NCBI GenBank assembly: GCA_963664115.2
Contig: CAXWPJ010000009.1
Span: 384,001 to 448,000 of the forward strand
DNA from: Terriglobia bacterium
Lineage (GTDB): Bacteria; Acidobacteriota; Terriglobia; 20CM-2-55-15
DNA length: 64,000 bases
Direction: 5' to 3'
Below the pieces are notes generated by a model that was not told the DNA's origin, did not search any database, and saw only the letters and a program-made list of their open reading frames with translations. Numbering within the stretch: the first letter of the stretch is position 1; every line of letters begins with the position of its first letter. Both the position numbers and the translations under genes were made by a program. Below, one piece after another: positions 48,573 through 61,337 of the stretch.

Positions 48573-49559
48573 TTAACGCCGCCCGACGAGAATGGGATGC
48601 GGCTTATATTGAGCGCCCAGTGCTTCCAGCTCGCTCTCTTCCAGCTTTAACTCTATCGCGCCTACCAAATCCTCAAGATGATTCAGATCCGTGGCTCCAA
48701 CAATCGGGGCAACGACACCTGGTTGATGCATCAGCCAGGCCAGCGCGACCTGGGCGTTACTGACACCGCGGGACTGGGCAACTCGCGTCACCTGCTCTAC
48801 GACGGCAAAATCGTACGGTTCAAAGTAGAGCCGTTTGGAAAACTCGTCCACCTTCGCCCGCCGCGTGTCGCCAGAGCCTTCGTTCGTCCGGTTTCCGGCG
48901 ACAAAACCGCGCGCCAGGGGGCTGTATGGCGTCACCGCGACGCCTTCCTCCACGCAGAGAGGAATCATTTCCCTCTCCTCTTCCCGATAAACGACATTGT
49001 AGTGATTTTGCATGCAGACGAAGCGCGGTGCACCGAGTTGATCGGCGACGTAGAGCATCTTGGCGAACTGCCAGGCCATCATGCTGGAGGCGCCTACGTA
49101 AAGTACCTTGCCGGCCCTCACCAGGTCTTCCAGGGCTCGAATTGTTTCTTCTACGGGCGTCTGGTCATCAAACCGGTGAATCTGATAGAGGTCTACGTAG
49201 TCCGTTCTCAGACGACGGAGGCTGCTGTCGATGGAATGAAAAATATGTTTCCGCGACAGGCCTCTCTGGTTCGGGTCGTCGCCCATCGGCATACACACCT
49301 TCGTGCCGATGACAACGCGGTCGCGGGAAGGACCGAAGTCTTTGAGCGCTCGCCCTAGAATCTCCTCACTGCGGCCATCGGAATACATGTTGGCTGTGTC
49401 GATGAAATTGATCCCCAACTCCAGCGCTTTTCTAATAAACGGGCGACTTGCTTCCTCATCCAAAACCCATTTTCTCCAGCTTGCGGAGCCATAGGTCATT
49501 GTGCCCAGGCATAGACGGGACACTTTTAGCCCGGTTGAGCCAAGCTTGACGTATTCCAA
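48573..49559 (-). CDS. Aldo/keto reductase
   Basis: LGSTGLKVSRLCLGTM, DTANMY, SLRRLRTDYVDLYQIH, YSPLARG. Confidence 0.93.
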   Translation of the reverse strand: MEYVKLGSTGLKVSRLCLGTMTYGSASWRKWVLDEEASRPFIRKALELGINFIDTANMYSDGRSEEILGRALKDFGPSRDRVVIGTKVCMPMGDDPNQRGLSRKHIFHSIDSSLRRLRTDYVDLYQIHRFDDQTPVEETIRALEDLVRAGKVLYVGASSMMAWQFAKMLYVADQLGAPRFVCMQNHYNVVYREEEREMIPLCVEEGVAVTPYSPLARGFVAGNRTNEGSGDTRRAKVDEFSKRLYFEPYDFAVVEQVTRVAQSRGVSNAQVALAWLMHQPGVVAPIVGATDLNHLEDLVGAIELKLEESELEALGAQYKPHPILVGRR

Positions 49560-49644
49560 TATGCCTCCCTCGTGTATCGGATGGTTTGATTGAACGGACT
49601 TTGAGGATGTCCTGTACTCGACTACTGACTTCGGTGACGGACGG

Positions 49645-50721
49645 CTAATTCACGTAGCGTTCGTACAGCGTTGTTCGCTGCCGGGGCGTGAAACCCGCAT
49701 CCGTGATGAGACGACGGAGTTCGTCCGCGCTTGCCCGGTGATTCGCGCCGGCGGCGCTGATCACGTTTTCCTCGATCATGATGCTGCCCATGTCATTCAC
49801 CCCAAACCGCAACGCGATAGATCCCAGCTTAAGACCGACTGTGAGCCATGATACCTGCAGGTTATCGACGTTATCGAGGTAAAGCCGGCTCAATGCGAGG
49901 AGTCGCAGGTACTCCGCGGGCGTGACCTCGGGAAGGTCTCGCTCACCAAGAGGCGTGTTGTCTTTCTGAAACGTCCACGGAATAAAAGCGGTGAAACCTC
50001 CGGTCTCATCCTGGAGATCCCTTAGCCGCCGAAGGTGCCGGATCCGGTGCTCGAGAGTCTCCCCGACGCCCACCATCATCGTGGCCGTTGTTCGCAGCCC
50101 CTCCTTGTGTGCGACGCGATGAACCATCAGCCACTCGTCAGTTGTACATTTCAATGGACTGATGGACTGTCGAACCTCGTCGTCAAGAATCTCGCCGCCC
50201 CCACCTGGCATCGATTCGAGTCCCGCAGCAATCAATCGGCGAAATGTCTCAGAGACGGTAAGGTCTGAAACGCGTGCGATGTTCAAAATTTCGGGCGGTG
50301 AAAAACAGTGGCGTTGCACATCAGGGAACCGTTCCCGCATCCCGTTGAGCAGCGATTCGTAGTAGTCGATCTTCAGGCCGGGATGGACCCCGCCCTGCAT
50401 CAGTATCCCCGTACCGCCACGGTCGATGGTTTCCTGTATCTTCTGATAAATAAGTTCGTTCGGTATTACGTAGGCCTCCGGGTGCCCCTCCGGACGATAG
50501 AACGCGCAGAAGCTGCAATATTCGTTGCACACGTTCGTGTAGTTGACGTTACGGTCGATGATGTAGCTGACGACTCCATTGTCGTGGTGGTTGCGACGGA
50601 TCGTATCGGCCGCTTCGCCCAACTCCAGAAGATCGGCCTCCATGAAAAGCTGCGCTGCCTCGTCGTCTGAAACGCGGGCGCCCCCGAGGGCTGATTTCAA
50701 AATGTCTGAAGAAGATTTCAC
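49645..50721 (-). CDS. mqnC: Cyclic dehypoxanthine futalosine synthase (radical SAM)
   Basis: IDRNVNYTNVCNEYCSFCAF, PGGGGEIL, FTAFIPWTFQ, MIEENVI; adjacent to mqnA. Confidence 0.88.
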   Translation of the reverse strand: MKSSSDILKSALGGARVSDDEAAQLFMEADLLELGEAADTIRRNHHDNGVVSYIIDRNVNYTNVCNEYCSFCAFYRPEGHPEAYVIPNELIYQKIQETIDRGGTGILMQGGVHPGLKIDYYESLLNGMRERFPDVQRHCFSPPEILNIARVSDLTVSETFRRLIAAGLESMPGGGGEILDDEVRQSISPLKCTTDEWLMVHRVAHKEGLRTTATMMVGVGETLEHRIRHLRRLRDLQDETGGFTAFIPWTFQKDNTPLGERDLPEVTPAEYLRLLALSRLYLDNVDNLQVSWLTVGLKLGSIALRFGVNDMGSIMIEENVISAAGANHRASADELRRLITDAGFTPRQRTTLYERYVN

Positions 50722-51563
50722 AGGAACTCAATGCCACGGACGGACTTGAGGGCGCCCGCCCGTGCTGCCATCTGGTAGAACTGTCCCAATGCCGCCACGC
50801 CGTCCGAATCCATATGATAGTCCATGTTCTTCTGGAGGTAATCAAGGAGGAACGCCTTGTCGATTCCAAGCTTCTCCTGGTATCGCTCTGCTATCGTCTT
50901 GAGGTTTTCGAGGCCGAAAGTCCGCGACTCGGTCAACCCCTCGGCGATTGTGGCGTCGTTGAATCCCTTTCTCGCCGCCCAAAAGGCAAAGACGAACGGC
51001 AACCCTGTGAGGTTGTTCCAGCGCTCCATCAGATCAAACGTCTGAACAGGCTCGGCGCCGTCCCGTACGAATTCCTTTTCCTTTTCGACATCGGGAAGCT
51101 GGTTTTCGAAGCGGTGTCGGAGAGCTGGATCCCCGATCAAAAGCGCCGAATCGTTGTCGGCCAGCATCGACACGGGGTCCGGGTCACCCGGCCGAAACTC
51201 AGGCTTGTTGCCATAAAACTCATTCAGGATCACTTGGGTCAAAGCAACAGACGCACGCGAAGCGCTGTCGTGAGCCACCGTTCGAATGCGAAACAGCGGA
51301 ACCAGGCTGAGCAGAATGACGCTGAGCGCGCGACTGTGGGACGCCACAGCAGGACCCGCAACAATGCGCGTTCCCGGAATTCTCTGGTACTCGATCGAGG
51401 GAATCAGTCCGATGTCGACCTCGCCGGATGCGAGCTGGGCGGCGCATTCTGCAGGCGTCGAAAAGACAGCATCGAACTGGTCCTTCTGCGGACCTTCGAG
51501 AATGCCCCAGGCGAGAGGAACCGAGTTGAGATATTGAACAACTGAAATCTTAGTCTTTGCCAC
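50718..51563 (-). CDS. mqnA: Chorismate dehydratase (futalosine menaquinone pathway)
   Basis: VQYLNSVPL, SRASVAL, LLIGDPAL, TGLPFVFAFW. Confidence 0.88.
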   Translation of the reverse strand: MAKTKISVVQYLNSVPLAWGILEGPQKDQFDAVFSTPAECAAQLASGEVDIGLIPSIEYQRIPGTRIVAGPAVASHSRALSVILLSLVPLFRIRTVAHDSASRASVALTQVILNEFYGNKPEFRPGDPDPVSMLADNDSALLIGDPALRHRFENQLPDVEKEKEFVRDGAEPVQTFDLMERWNNLTGLPFVFAFWAARKGFNDATIAEGLTESRTFGLENLKTIAERYQEKLGIDKAFLLDYLQKNMDYHMDSDGVAALGQFYQMAARAGALKSVRGIEFL

Positions 51564-51683
51564 AGCGGCGGCTATTGTAGCAGCCCAGGCTGGGCCCGGG
51601 AAAGCCGCCGGAAGAAGGCGTGGCGGATTGACGTTTTGAATTAAAAGCTAGTACGTCAAGAAGGCATCGGGCGCCTTATGCTT

Positions 51684-52241
51684 TTAACTTGTGACTCCGC
51701 TAGATGCGGTGATGTGAAATTCCCTGAACATGTACTGAAAGAAGGGATCCTGTAGATAGAGCTTCACCCAGTTCAGTCCCCGTACATACTGATCGAAACT
51801 TTCGGCCAATCGCCGGAACGGCGCGGGTTCAGATTGAATCCACGCCAGATCGGCGACGATGCCGTAGAATCGCTGCCCCAGTCGAGAGTAGAACTGGGCA
51901 CTCAGCGGACGCCGGCTTCGCTCAAACCACTCCGGAAATAGCCCTAACATGAACAAAGCGCGGTCCCCGATGTGCTTATGTTGGTCTAAGCGCTCGAGGG
52001 GATCGGTGGTACCTTCTGCCAATTCCAGCAGGTCGGTCAGGGATCCGACGCGCTGCCCGTGTGCGTCAAAAACCCGATAAAGCTCCTCCGTCCGCATGAA
52101 ATCCACCAGCAACCCGCTGACGTAGGCCAGTGAGGCTTCATCCCTTATGTTGATCTGTCCCATACCCCTTTCGGTCAAAGTCCAGAAAAGAGACCGAATG
52201 GGATGGTTTTCGGGTACCTGTTGTGCGTTCAGCCCGACCAT
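51684..52241 (-). CDS. Hypothetical helical protein
   Basis: AGGAG-like RBS region; YVSGLLVDF...KHIGDRALFMLGLFPE pattern; function not recognised. Confidence 0.72.
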   Translation of the reverse strand: MVGLNAQQVPENHPIRSLFWTLTERGMGQINIRDEASLAYVSGLLVDFMRTEELYRVFDAHGQRVGSLTDLLELAEGTTDPLERLDQHKHIGDRALFMLGLFPEWFERSRRPLSAQFYSRLGQRFYGIVADLAWIQSEPAPFRRLAESFDQYVRGLNWVKLYLQDPFFQYMFREFHITASSGVTS

Positions 52242-52393
52242 AGGAGACTCCTGCTCGCTGTATCGACTGGAAATTGGCTAGAGTTTAGACCTGATCAAGG
52301 TTGGCGGCGATTTCGGTGTCCGGGAACTCAATCGCCGGGAGGGTTTGGCCGGGCTGCTGGAGGAATCAACCCCTAAATCAACGGGTATGTCCG

Positions 52394-54871
52394 CTAGTGG
52401 ATCGTTTCACCGGGCTCTAATGGCAGGTCTTCCACCTTCTCACCCTCAACCAGAGTCGCCGCGGACACGCGATCTGCATCCGGTATGGCGATGAGTTTCA
52501 CGCCTTGAGAGCTGCGGCCGACTTTGCGAATACCGGACGCCTTGACGCGGATGAGCTTGCCTTGCTCCGTAATGACCATCAACCCCGAATCATCCGTGAC
52601 TTGCATGATTGCGACAACCCTGCCGTTTCGCTTGGTTGTCTTGACGTTAATGATCCCTTTGCCGCCACGTGTTTGTGTGCGGTACTCGGCAATCTTGGTC
52701 CGTTTACCGAATCCGCGTTCGGTGACGCTCAGGATCATACCTTCCTCGTCGGCAGCAATCATGCCGACCACATAATCATCTTTGACCAACCGGATCCCGT
52801 GCACTCCGTATGCATTCCGGCCCATCTGACGCACGCCGGTATTGCTAAACCGTATCGACAAGCCCTTGTGGGTTCCCAGAACAATGTTTTCATCGCCCGT
52901 GATGAGCTGGGCGGCTATGAGTTCGTCCTCGTCAGGCAGGTTCATCGCGATGATGCCACGCGAGGAAGGGTTGCTGAATGCGGCCAGCGCCGTCTTCTTT
53001 ACCTGTCCCTGGCGGCTCGCCATCACAACAGACGCGGCGTCTTCGAAACTTTTGACCGTCACAATCGCGGCGACTTTATCGCCGGGCGCGATGTTGACGA
53101 GGTTGACGATGGCTTTGCCACGGCCACTGGAGGCGACATCGGGAATCTCATAAACCTTCAGCCAGTGCAATTTCCCCCGGTTCGTAAACACGAGCATGTA
53201 GCTGTGCGTGCTGGCCACGAACATGTTGGTAACGATGTCTTCTTCCCGGGTCTTCATCCCGATCCGGCCCTTACCACCCCGGCCTTGACTCCGATAGATC
53301 GTAAGAGGCGTACGCTTGATGTAGCCGGTGTGGCTCAGAGTGATCACCATGGCCTCATCCGCGATCAGGTCTTCGATGCTGAGCTCGGCTTCTTCATCGA
53401 TGATCTCCGTCCGGCGTGCGTCGCCAAACTTCTTTTGCACTTCCCGCAATTCTTTAACGATTACCTGACGCAAGCGGTTCTCATTAGCCAGGATCTCGTT
53501 GTAGTCGGCGATCTTTTCTCTGAGGTCCTTCAGTTCATCTTCGATCTTCTGCCGCTCCAGGCTGGTCAGCCGCTGGAGTTGCATCTCCAGAATCGCTTTT
53601 GTCTGGCGTTCGCTGAACTCGAACTGCGCGATCAACCCCTCCCGCGCCTCGGGCGGGTTCTTCGCCCCACGGATCAATTTGATAACTTCGTCGATGTGAT
53701 CCAGGGCCTTGTAAAGGCCTTCCAAGATGTGCGCCCGCTCCTCGGCCTGGCGCAGCAGGAACTGTGTCCGGCGACGGACGACGTCGATCCGGTGATCGAT
53801 GAAGTGCCGAAGCAGCTGCATCAGTGTCAAAACACGCGGTTGATTGTTGACGATCGCAAGGTTGATCACGCCGAAAGTGGTTTGCATCGGCGTCAGCTTG
53901 TACAGCTTGTTCAGGATGATCGTCGGCTGTTCTCCCCGCTTGAGTTCAACAACCACGCGAATACCATCTCGATCGCTTTCGTCGCGGATGTCTGATATCC
54001 CTTCAACGCGCTTGGTCTGAACCAACTCCGCAATCTTCTCGATAAGCCGCGCCTTATTGACCTGATACGGAATTTCTGTAATCAGGATTGAGTGGCGATC
54101 CTTCCCCATCGGTTCGATCGTCGCACGCGCGCGCATCGTGATCTGCCCTCGCCCTTCGCGATACGCCTGTTGGATGCCGCTCCTGCCGTAAATAAACCCT
54201 GCTGTCGGAAAATCAGGACCCGGAACCAGCGCTGCGACCTCCTCATAGGTCGCGCTCTTCTTGTTGATCATGTGAATCGCGGCAGCACAGATTTCCGTGA
54301 GATTGTGCGGCGGCATGTTGGTCGCCATGCCTACGGCAATCCCGCCCGACCCGTTTACCAGCAATGTGGGGACTTTCGCCGGGAGATATGACGGCTCTTC
54401 AGACGATTCGTCGTATGTCGGAACGAAATCGACTGTTTCTTTATCGATGTCCTCGAGCAGCGCTTCGGCAATCGCCTCCATTCGCGCTTCCGTATAGCGC
54501 ATCGCTGCCGGCGGATCACCGTCAACGGATCCAAAGTTGCCCTGGCCGTCAACCAGGGTATAGCGATGAGAAAAGTCCTGCGCCATTCGCACCACGGTGT
54601 CGTATATGGAAGCGTCTCCGTGCGGATGGAAGTTCCCCATGACCTCGCCGACGATCTTGGCGCATTTGCGGTAGGGTTTGTTCGAAGACAGACCCATACC
54701 CCGCATGCCATAGAGAATCCTGCGGTGTACCGGTTTCAAGCCGTCGCGCACATCCGGGAGTGCGCGACCGATGATCACGCTCATCGCGTAATCGAGATAC
54801 GACCGGCGCATCTCGTCTTCGACGTTTACGGGAAGCTCGTTCGGTCCTGAAGGGGTGTCGTCTTCTGCCAT
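52394..54871 (-). CDS. gyrA: DNA gyrase subunit A
   Basis: [28 protein letters not shown], GyrA-box QGRGGKG. Confidence 0.97.
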   Translation of the reverse strand: MAEDDTPSGPNELPVNVEDEMRRSYLDYAMSVIIGRALPDVRDGLKPVHRRILYGMRGMGLSSNKPYRKCAKIVGEVMGNFHPHGDASIYDTVVRMAQDFSHRYTLVDGQGNFGSVDGDPPAAMRYTEARMEAIAEALLEDIDKETVDFVPTYDESSEEPSYLPAKVPTLLVNGSGGIAVGMATNMPPHNLTEICAAAIHMINKKSATYEEVAALVPGPDFPTAGFIYGRSGIQQAYREGRGQITMRARATIEPMGKDRHSILITEIPYQVNKARLIEKIAELVQTKRVEGISDIRDESDRDGIRVVVELKRGEQPTIILNKLYKLTPMQTTFGVINLAIVNNQPRVLTLMQLLRHFIDHRIDVVRRRTQFLLRQAEERAHILEGLYKALDHIDEVIKLIRGAKNPPEAREGLIAQFEFSERQTKAILEMQLQRLTSLERQKIEDELKDLREKIADYNEILANENRLRQVIVKELREVQKKFGDARRTEIIDEEAELSIEDLIADEAMVITLSHTGYIKRTPLTIYRSQGRGGKGRIGMKTREEDIVTNMFVASTHSYMLVFTNRGKLHWLKVYEIPDVASSGRGKAIVNLVNIAPGDKVAAIVTVKSFEDAASVVMASRQGQVKKTALAAFSNPSSRGIIAMNLPDEDELIAAQLITGDENIVLGTHKGLSIRFSNTGVRQMGRNAYGVHGIRLVKDDYVVGMIAADEEGMILSVTERGFGKRTKIAEYRTQTRGGKGIINVKTTKRNGRVVAIMQVTDDSGLMVITEQGKLIRVKASGIRKVGRSSQGVKLIAIPDADRVSAATLVEGEKVEDLPLEPGETIH

Positions 54872-54921
54872 TCGTTACACAGTTGCCTTATTAAGCCGGA
54901 TTACGCGGATACGTCGTTGAT

Positions 54922-57384
<2,463 letters not shown>

Positions 57385-57697
57385 TCAGCGCGCACTCTTG
57401 AACGGCGCCGGATTCGGCGTAAACTGTTGGTATTGAGATGTTTATTGGAGACGATACGGTTCAGGGTCCCAGGTCTACTCGACTTGTGTTTCAGCTTCGC
57501 CTCCGAGGTGTCAAACAAGAGGCTATTTTACCAGAAAATAACAGGTTTTGCGTCATCAAAGGGGCCCTGAAGGGGACTATTTTGGAGGGCTTGAAGCGGT
57601 ATTCAGTCAGGCGGGAAATAGATCAGCGCTAAAGCGACTATAAGTTGAATATTTAGAACAGTTTATGGCGAATTTGATATGTACAGTACTAACAGCA

Positions 57698-58810
57698 CTA
57701 AATGCGCATCGGCATCACGATATATCGGCTATTATATTCCTCTCCCGGCAGTGCCCGCAACTGCGTGGCGCTTTCTCCGTCTTTAAACTCAAAAGAAACT
57801 TCTGTTTCGGGAATAGTCGATAGAAAATCGATAATGTACTGGTAATTGAAGCCAATCTGAAACTCTTCGTTGTCATAGTCGATTTCGATCGTTTCGTTGG
57901 CCTCTCCCAGATCCGAATGGCTGGAAGCGATCTCCAGCGAACCCTTACTCAAGCCAAACCGCACGATTTTGGATCGCTCGTCTGCGAGGATCGCGATGCG
58001 TCGGACGGCCGCGGCAACTTCATCGCGTCCAATCGAAAACGTGCGGTCATTGTTTCGGGGCATCACCGCTTCCCAGTTCGGAAATTGTCCACTCAGCACA
58101 CGTGAGACCAGTAAACGTTGACCCAGATCAAAAAACAGGTGGTTTTCGTCACGTGAGAACTGAATGTTTCCGCCCCCCCCGCCCTCAGTCAGCATCCGAA
58201 GTAACTCACTCATCGCTTTTTTAGGGATCAAAACCTTCGTTTCTTCAGCGAGGTCCTCCAGGCCGCCCCGTTTCTCGACGAAGGAGAGCCTGTGCCCGTC
58301 TGTGGCAACCATTACGAGCGATCCGGGTTTCATTACCAGAAGTGCGCCACTAAATGTATATTTCGAATCCTCCGAGCTGATCGCATAACTTGTACGCGTG
58401 ATCAACTGCGATATCGTATCGCCAGGAATCGCAATGCCGCCACCTGCCGCATCCGGAAGTTGAGGGAAGTCCTCCTGCGGTAGCCCCGCGATACGAAAGC
58501 GACTCGAACCACAAGTCACCGTCACCCAGTTAGCATCGCCTTGCTTAAAACGAATCTCTTTATCCGGCAAGGCGCGGACTATTTCATAGAGCCGTTTCGC
58601 TGGCAACGTGATCGTCCCACTCGCTGTCACTTTCGAATCACAGGACGACTTCAGACCCGTCTCCAGATCCGTTGCAACGATCCGCAGTTTGTTTTCTTCG
58701 GCGTGAAGCAGGACGTTCGCCAGAATGGGAATGGTTGTTTTCCGTTCAACAACACCTTGGATCAAGGTCAGCTCTCGCAGGAGATCGAACTTCTTAATCT
58801 TAAATTCCAT
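57698..58810 (-). CDS. dnaN: DNA polymerase III beta clamp
   Basis: TIPILAN, ATDLE, VATDGHRL, IGFN, VMPMRI. Confidence 0.96.
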   Translation of the reverse strand: MEFKIKKFDLLRELTLIQGVVERKTTIPILANVLLHAEENKLRIVATDLETGLKSSCDSKVTASGTITLPAKRLYEIVRALPDKEIRFKQGDANWVTVTCGSSRFRIAGLPQEDFPQLPDAAGGGIAIPGDTISQLITRTSYAISSEDSKYTFSGALLVMKPGSLVMVATDGHRLSFVEKRGGLEDLAEETKVLIPKKAMSELLRMLTEGGGGGNIQFSRDENHLFFDLGQRLLVSRVLSGQFPNWEAVMPRNNDRTFSIGRDEVAAAVRRIAILADERSKIVRFGLSKGSLEIASSHSDLGEANETIEIDYDNEEFQIGFNYQYIIDFLSTIPETEVSFEFKDGESATQLRALPGEEYNSRYIVMPMRI

Positions 58811-59023
58811 AATGGTATTTATTTATCTATCTTCGTATACCCTGTGAACTCAGAGGAAGTTGACCGCAAAACACACTTACTACTCAGTTTATCCTTTATT
58901 CTCCCTGTGGATGGCCCGACCGCCAAACCGTGCATAACCTGTGGAAATACCGCTCTGTTAATCCTATCCACAGCTTGCCCACATCAGGACCCACCGCTCT
59001 GAGGATGGGCCTGGGTAACCGAA
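58811..59023. other. Putative oriC sub-region between dnaA and dnaN with DnaA-box-like 9-mers
   Basis: TGTGGATGG (58906), CGTGCATAA (58929), TGTGGAAAT (58940), CTATCCACA (58964), TTGCCCACA (58975) next to an AT-rich stretch. Confidence 0.7.
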
Positions 59024-60328
59024 TTAGTTGAACGAATCAATAAAAGTCTGAACAAGCTTATTGGTTTCCTTGTCCGTCTGTCGCAACTGATCGATTTTGG
59101 ATACGGAATGCATCACTGTTGTGTGGTGTTTTCCGCCAAATGCCCGACCGATCTGAGGCAAAGAGGCGTTCGTGAGTTGCTTGCAGAGATACATGCAAAT
59201 CTGTCGGGGGAGCGTGATTATCTTCGAGTTGTTCTTTGATTTAAGTTCCTGGATACGAAGCCCGTAGTAGTTAGAAATAGATTTCTGGATCATTTCGATC
59301 GATATCGGCTTCTCTCCCGGATCGAAAAGATCGCGGAGTGTCTCCTGAGCCATAGGAAGTGTAATTTCCGATCCAGTCAGGGAAGAATAGGCGATAAGAC
59401 GGACGAGCGCACCTTCGAGTTCACGAATATTCGACCGGACCTTGCTGGCAACGTAAATCGCAACATTATCGGGAAGCGTGATCTGTTGGCGCTCTGCCTT
59501 CTTTCGAAGAATCGCGATCTTGGTTTCCAGGTCGGGCGGTTGGATGTCAGCGATCAGGCCCCACTCAAATCGTGAATGCAGCCGCTCCTCCAGTGTCGGA
59601 ATCTCCCGGGGCGGGCAATCCGCTGATATGACGATTTGCTTCTGCATGTCATAGAGGGTATTAAAAGTGTGGAAGAACTCTTCCTGTGTACGTTCTTTGG
59701 CTGCTATGAACTGAATATCGTCGATCAAGAGGACGTCGTGGTTGCGGTAGCGCTCCCGAAACGCGGGGAGGCGGTCGTAGCGTATGGCGTTGATCAGCTC
59801 GTTGGTGAACTTCTCAGTCGAAACATAAGCAAGACGGAGCGAAGGGTTGCCGTCTTTGATTGACTGGCCGATCGCATGCATGAGATGCGTCTTGCCTAGG
59901 CCCACGCCGCCATAGAGGAAGAGCGGATTGTAGGCCTTGGACGGCCGTTCCGCCACGGCGAGTGCAGCGGCACGGGCGAACTGGTTTGACGATCCAACAA
60001 CAAATGAGTCGAAGGTGTACTTCGAGTTGAGCGTGTTGGCGATCGAGTCAAAGTCCAGTTGGCCCTGGAGCGTTCCGCGGGCAGTGACCGCGGGTTTTTG
60101 TTCGACAATGTAAACGACCTCAATGTCGCCAATGCCCGCCTGTTGGGCTGCCTCGATGACAACGTCCATATGATCGTTAAGCCAGTCTTGAAAGAAAGAA
60201 TTCGGAACCCGGATGTGGAGCGCGCCCCCCTCGTGGCGCACGAGCTGTGTCGGCTTGAACCAGGTGTTGTAGCTCTGTCGATTGACTTGTTTCTCGATAA
60301 TAGAAAGAACTTGCTGCCAAGTGTCCAT
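59024..60328 (-). CDS. dnaA: Chromosomal replication initiator
   Basis: YTFDSFVVGSSN, YNPLFLYGGVGLGKTHL, LIDDIQF, NIRELEGAL, GGKHHTTVMHS. Confidence 0.98.
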   Translation of the reverse strand: MDTWQQVLSIIEKQVNRQSYNTWFKPTQLVRHEGGALHIRVPNSFFQDWLNDHMDVVIEAAQQAGIGDIEVVYIVEQKPAVTARGTLQGQLDFDSIANTLNSKYTFDSFVVGSSNQFARAAALAVAERPSKAYNPLFLYGGVGLGKTHLMHAIGQSIKDGNPSLRLAYVSTEKFTNELINAIRYDRLPAFRERYRNHDVLLIDDIQFIAAKERTQEEFFHTFNTLYDMQKQIVISADCPPREIPTLEERLHSRFEWGLIADIQPPDLETKIAILRKKAERQQITLPDNVAIYVASKVRSNIRELEGALVRLIAYSSLTGSEITLPMAQETLRDLFDPGEKPISIEMIQKSISNYYGLRIQELKSKNNSKIITLPRQICMYLCKQLTNASLPQIGRAFGGKHHTTVMHSVSKIDQLRQTDKETNKLVQTFIDSFN

Positions 60329-60362
60329 ATTGCGGTCCGTAAAGCGAGGGAAAGGGGATAGA

Positions 60363-60381
60363 TTTCCACAACCTGTGGAAA
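60363..60381. promoter_or_regulatory. Inverted pair of DnaA-box-like sites upstream of dnaA
   Basis: TTTCCACA-ACC-TGTGGAAA. Confidence 0.65.
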
Positions 60382-60530
60382 TCTGGGGGTTTACAGGTCA
60401 ATTTTTCTGCTGCGCGAGCGCGAAGCGTAACACCTTTCGCCCGGCGTTTTCAATCACGAAAAACACGAAAATTTTACGCGCCAGCGACTGCCTTTGGATC
60501 AAATAAGGGGTTGTATATCAAAGGGGTAGC

Positions 60531-60559
60531 TTGACGGTAAATAGGCTGGGTGGTACATT
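60531..60559 (+). promoter_or_regulatory. Putative sigma70 promoter of the rpmH operon
   Basis: TTGACG-N17-TACATT with extended -10 TG. Confidence 0.65.
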
Positions 60560-60589
60560 CATGGTTTTCCCAAAGCACAGAGTTTAAGA

Positions 60590-60736
60590 ATGCCACTGAG
60601 AACGTTTCAACCGAACAATCGAAAGCGCGCCAAGAAGCACGGCTTCCGGAGCCGCATGAGTACAAAAGCTGGGCGTTCGATCCTGAAACGAAGGCGGGCC
60701 AAGGGACGAAAACGGCTTTCCGTTGAACACTACTGA
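60590..60736 (+). CDS. rpmH: 50S ribosomal protein L34 (absent from the ORF track; 48 aa)
   Basis: Manual translation [48 protein letters not shown]. Confidence 0.96.
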   Translation: MPLRTFQPNNRKRAKKHGFRSRMSTKAGRSILKRRRAKGRKRLSVEHY

Positions 60737-61094
60737 TCGCATTCCGGGCACGGAGGGCGACGCCCGGTTTCCGAAGAAAGTTCGGCTTCGGGAGGCGGAT
60801 GAGTTCAAGGCCGTCTATGCCGGTGGAAAGAAGAAGGCGTCCCGGTCTTTCGACGTTTTTATCCTGCCCAACGAACGGAAATTCACCCGATTCGGGTTGA
60901 CGACCTCGCGCAAACTCGGAAAAGCTCACGACAGGAACCGGATTCGTCGGCGAGTCCGGGAAATTCTTCGCTATGAGCGGGCAGGGTTGCCCTCAGGGTT
61001 CGACGTGGTAATCAATCCTCGGCGGTCAGTTCTCGATCGAGACTTCGAGACACTCCGCACGGAACTGGTTTCCGTGCTCGGGAGTTTATCGTGA
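60723..61094 (+). CDS. rnpA: Ribonuclease P protein component
   Basis: [32 protein letters not shown]. Confidence 0.94.
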   Translation: MNTTDRIPGTEGDARFPKKVRLREADEFKAVYAGGKKKASRSFDVFILPNERKFTRFGLTTSRKLGKAHDRNRIRRRVREILRYERAGLPSGFDVVINPRRSVLDRDFETLRTELVSVLGSLS

Positions 61095-61327
61095 GAGACT
61101 CGCAAACCATGCCGGTTTTTCGAATGCTCGCTCTTGGCTTGATATGGGGGTACAAGAAGATTCTGTCCCCCTGGTTGCCCCCGGCGTGCCGATTCGTGCC
61201 GACATGCTCGGAGTATGCGGGCCAGGCCGTGGAGAAATATGGTGTCATCCACGGCTCTTTGAAAACCGTGAAACGATTGTCGCGATGCCATCCCCTGCAC
61301 AGCGGGGGAGTCGATCTGGTGGATTGA
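61091..61327 (+). CDS. yidD: Membrane protein insertion efficiency factor
   Basis: YKKILSP..PPACRFVPTCSEY..RLSRCHP. Confidence 0.93.
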   Translation: MRDSQTMPVFRMLALGLIWGYKKILSPWLPPACRFVPTCSEYAGQAVEKYGVIHGSLKTVKRLSRCHPLHSGGVDLVD

Positions 61328-61337
61328 GGGGGGGGGC

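Noticed and set aside
61328-61336. G9 run before yidC as a phase-variable site
   Set aside because: Intergenic before an essential gene; more likely an RBS-like tract or homopolymer error
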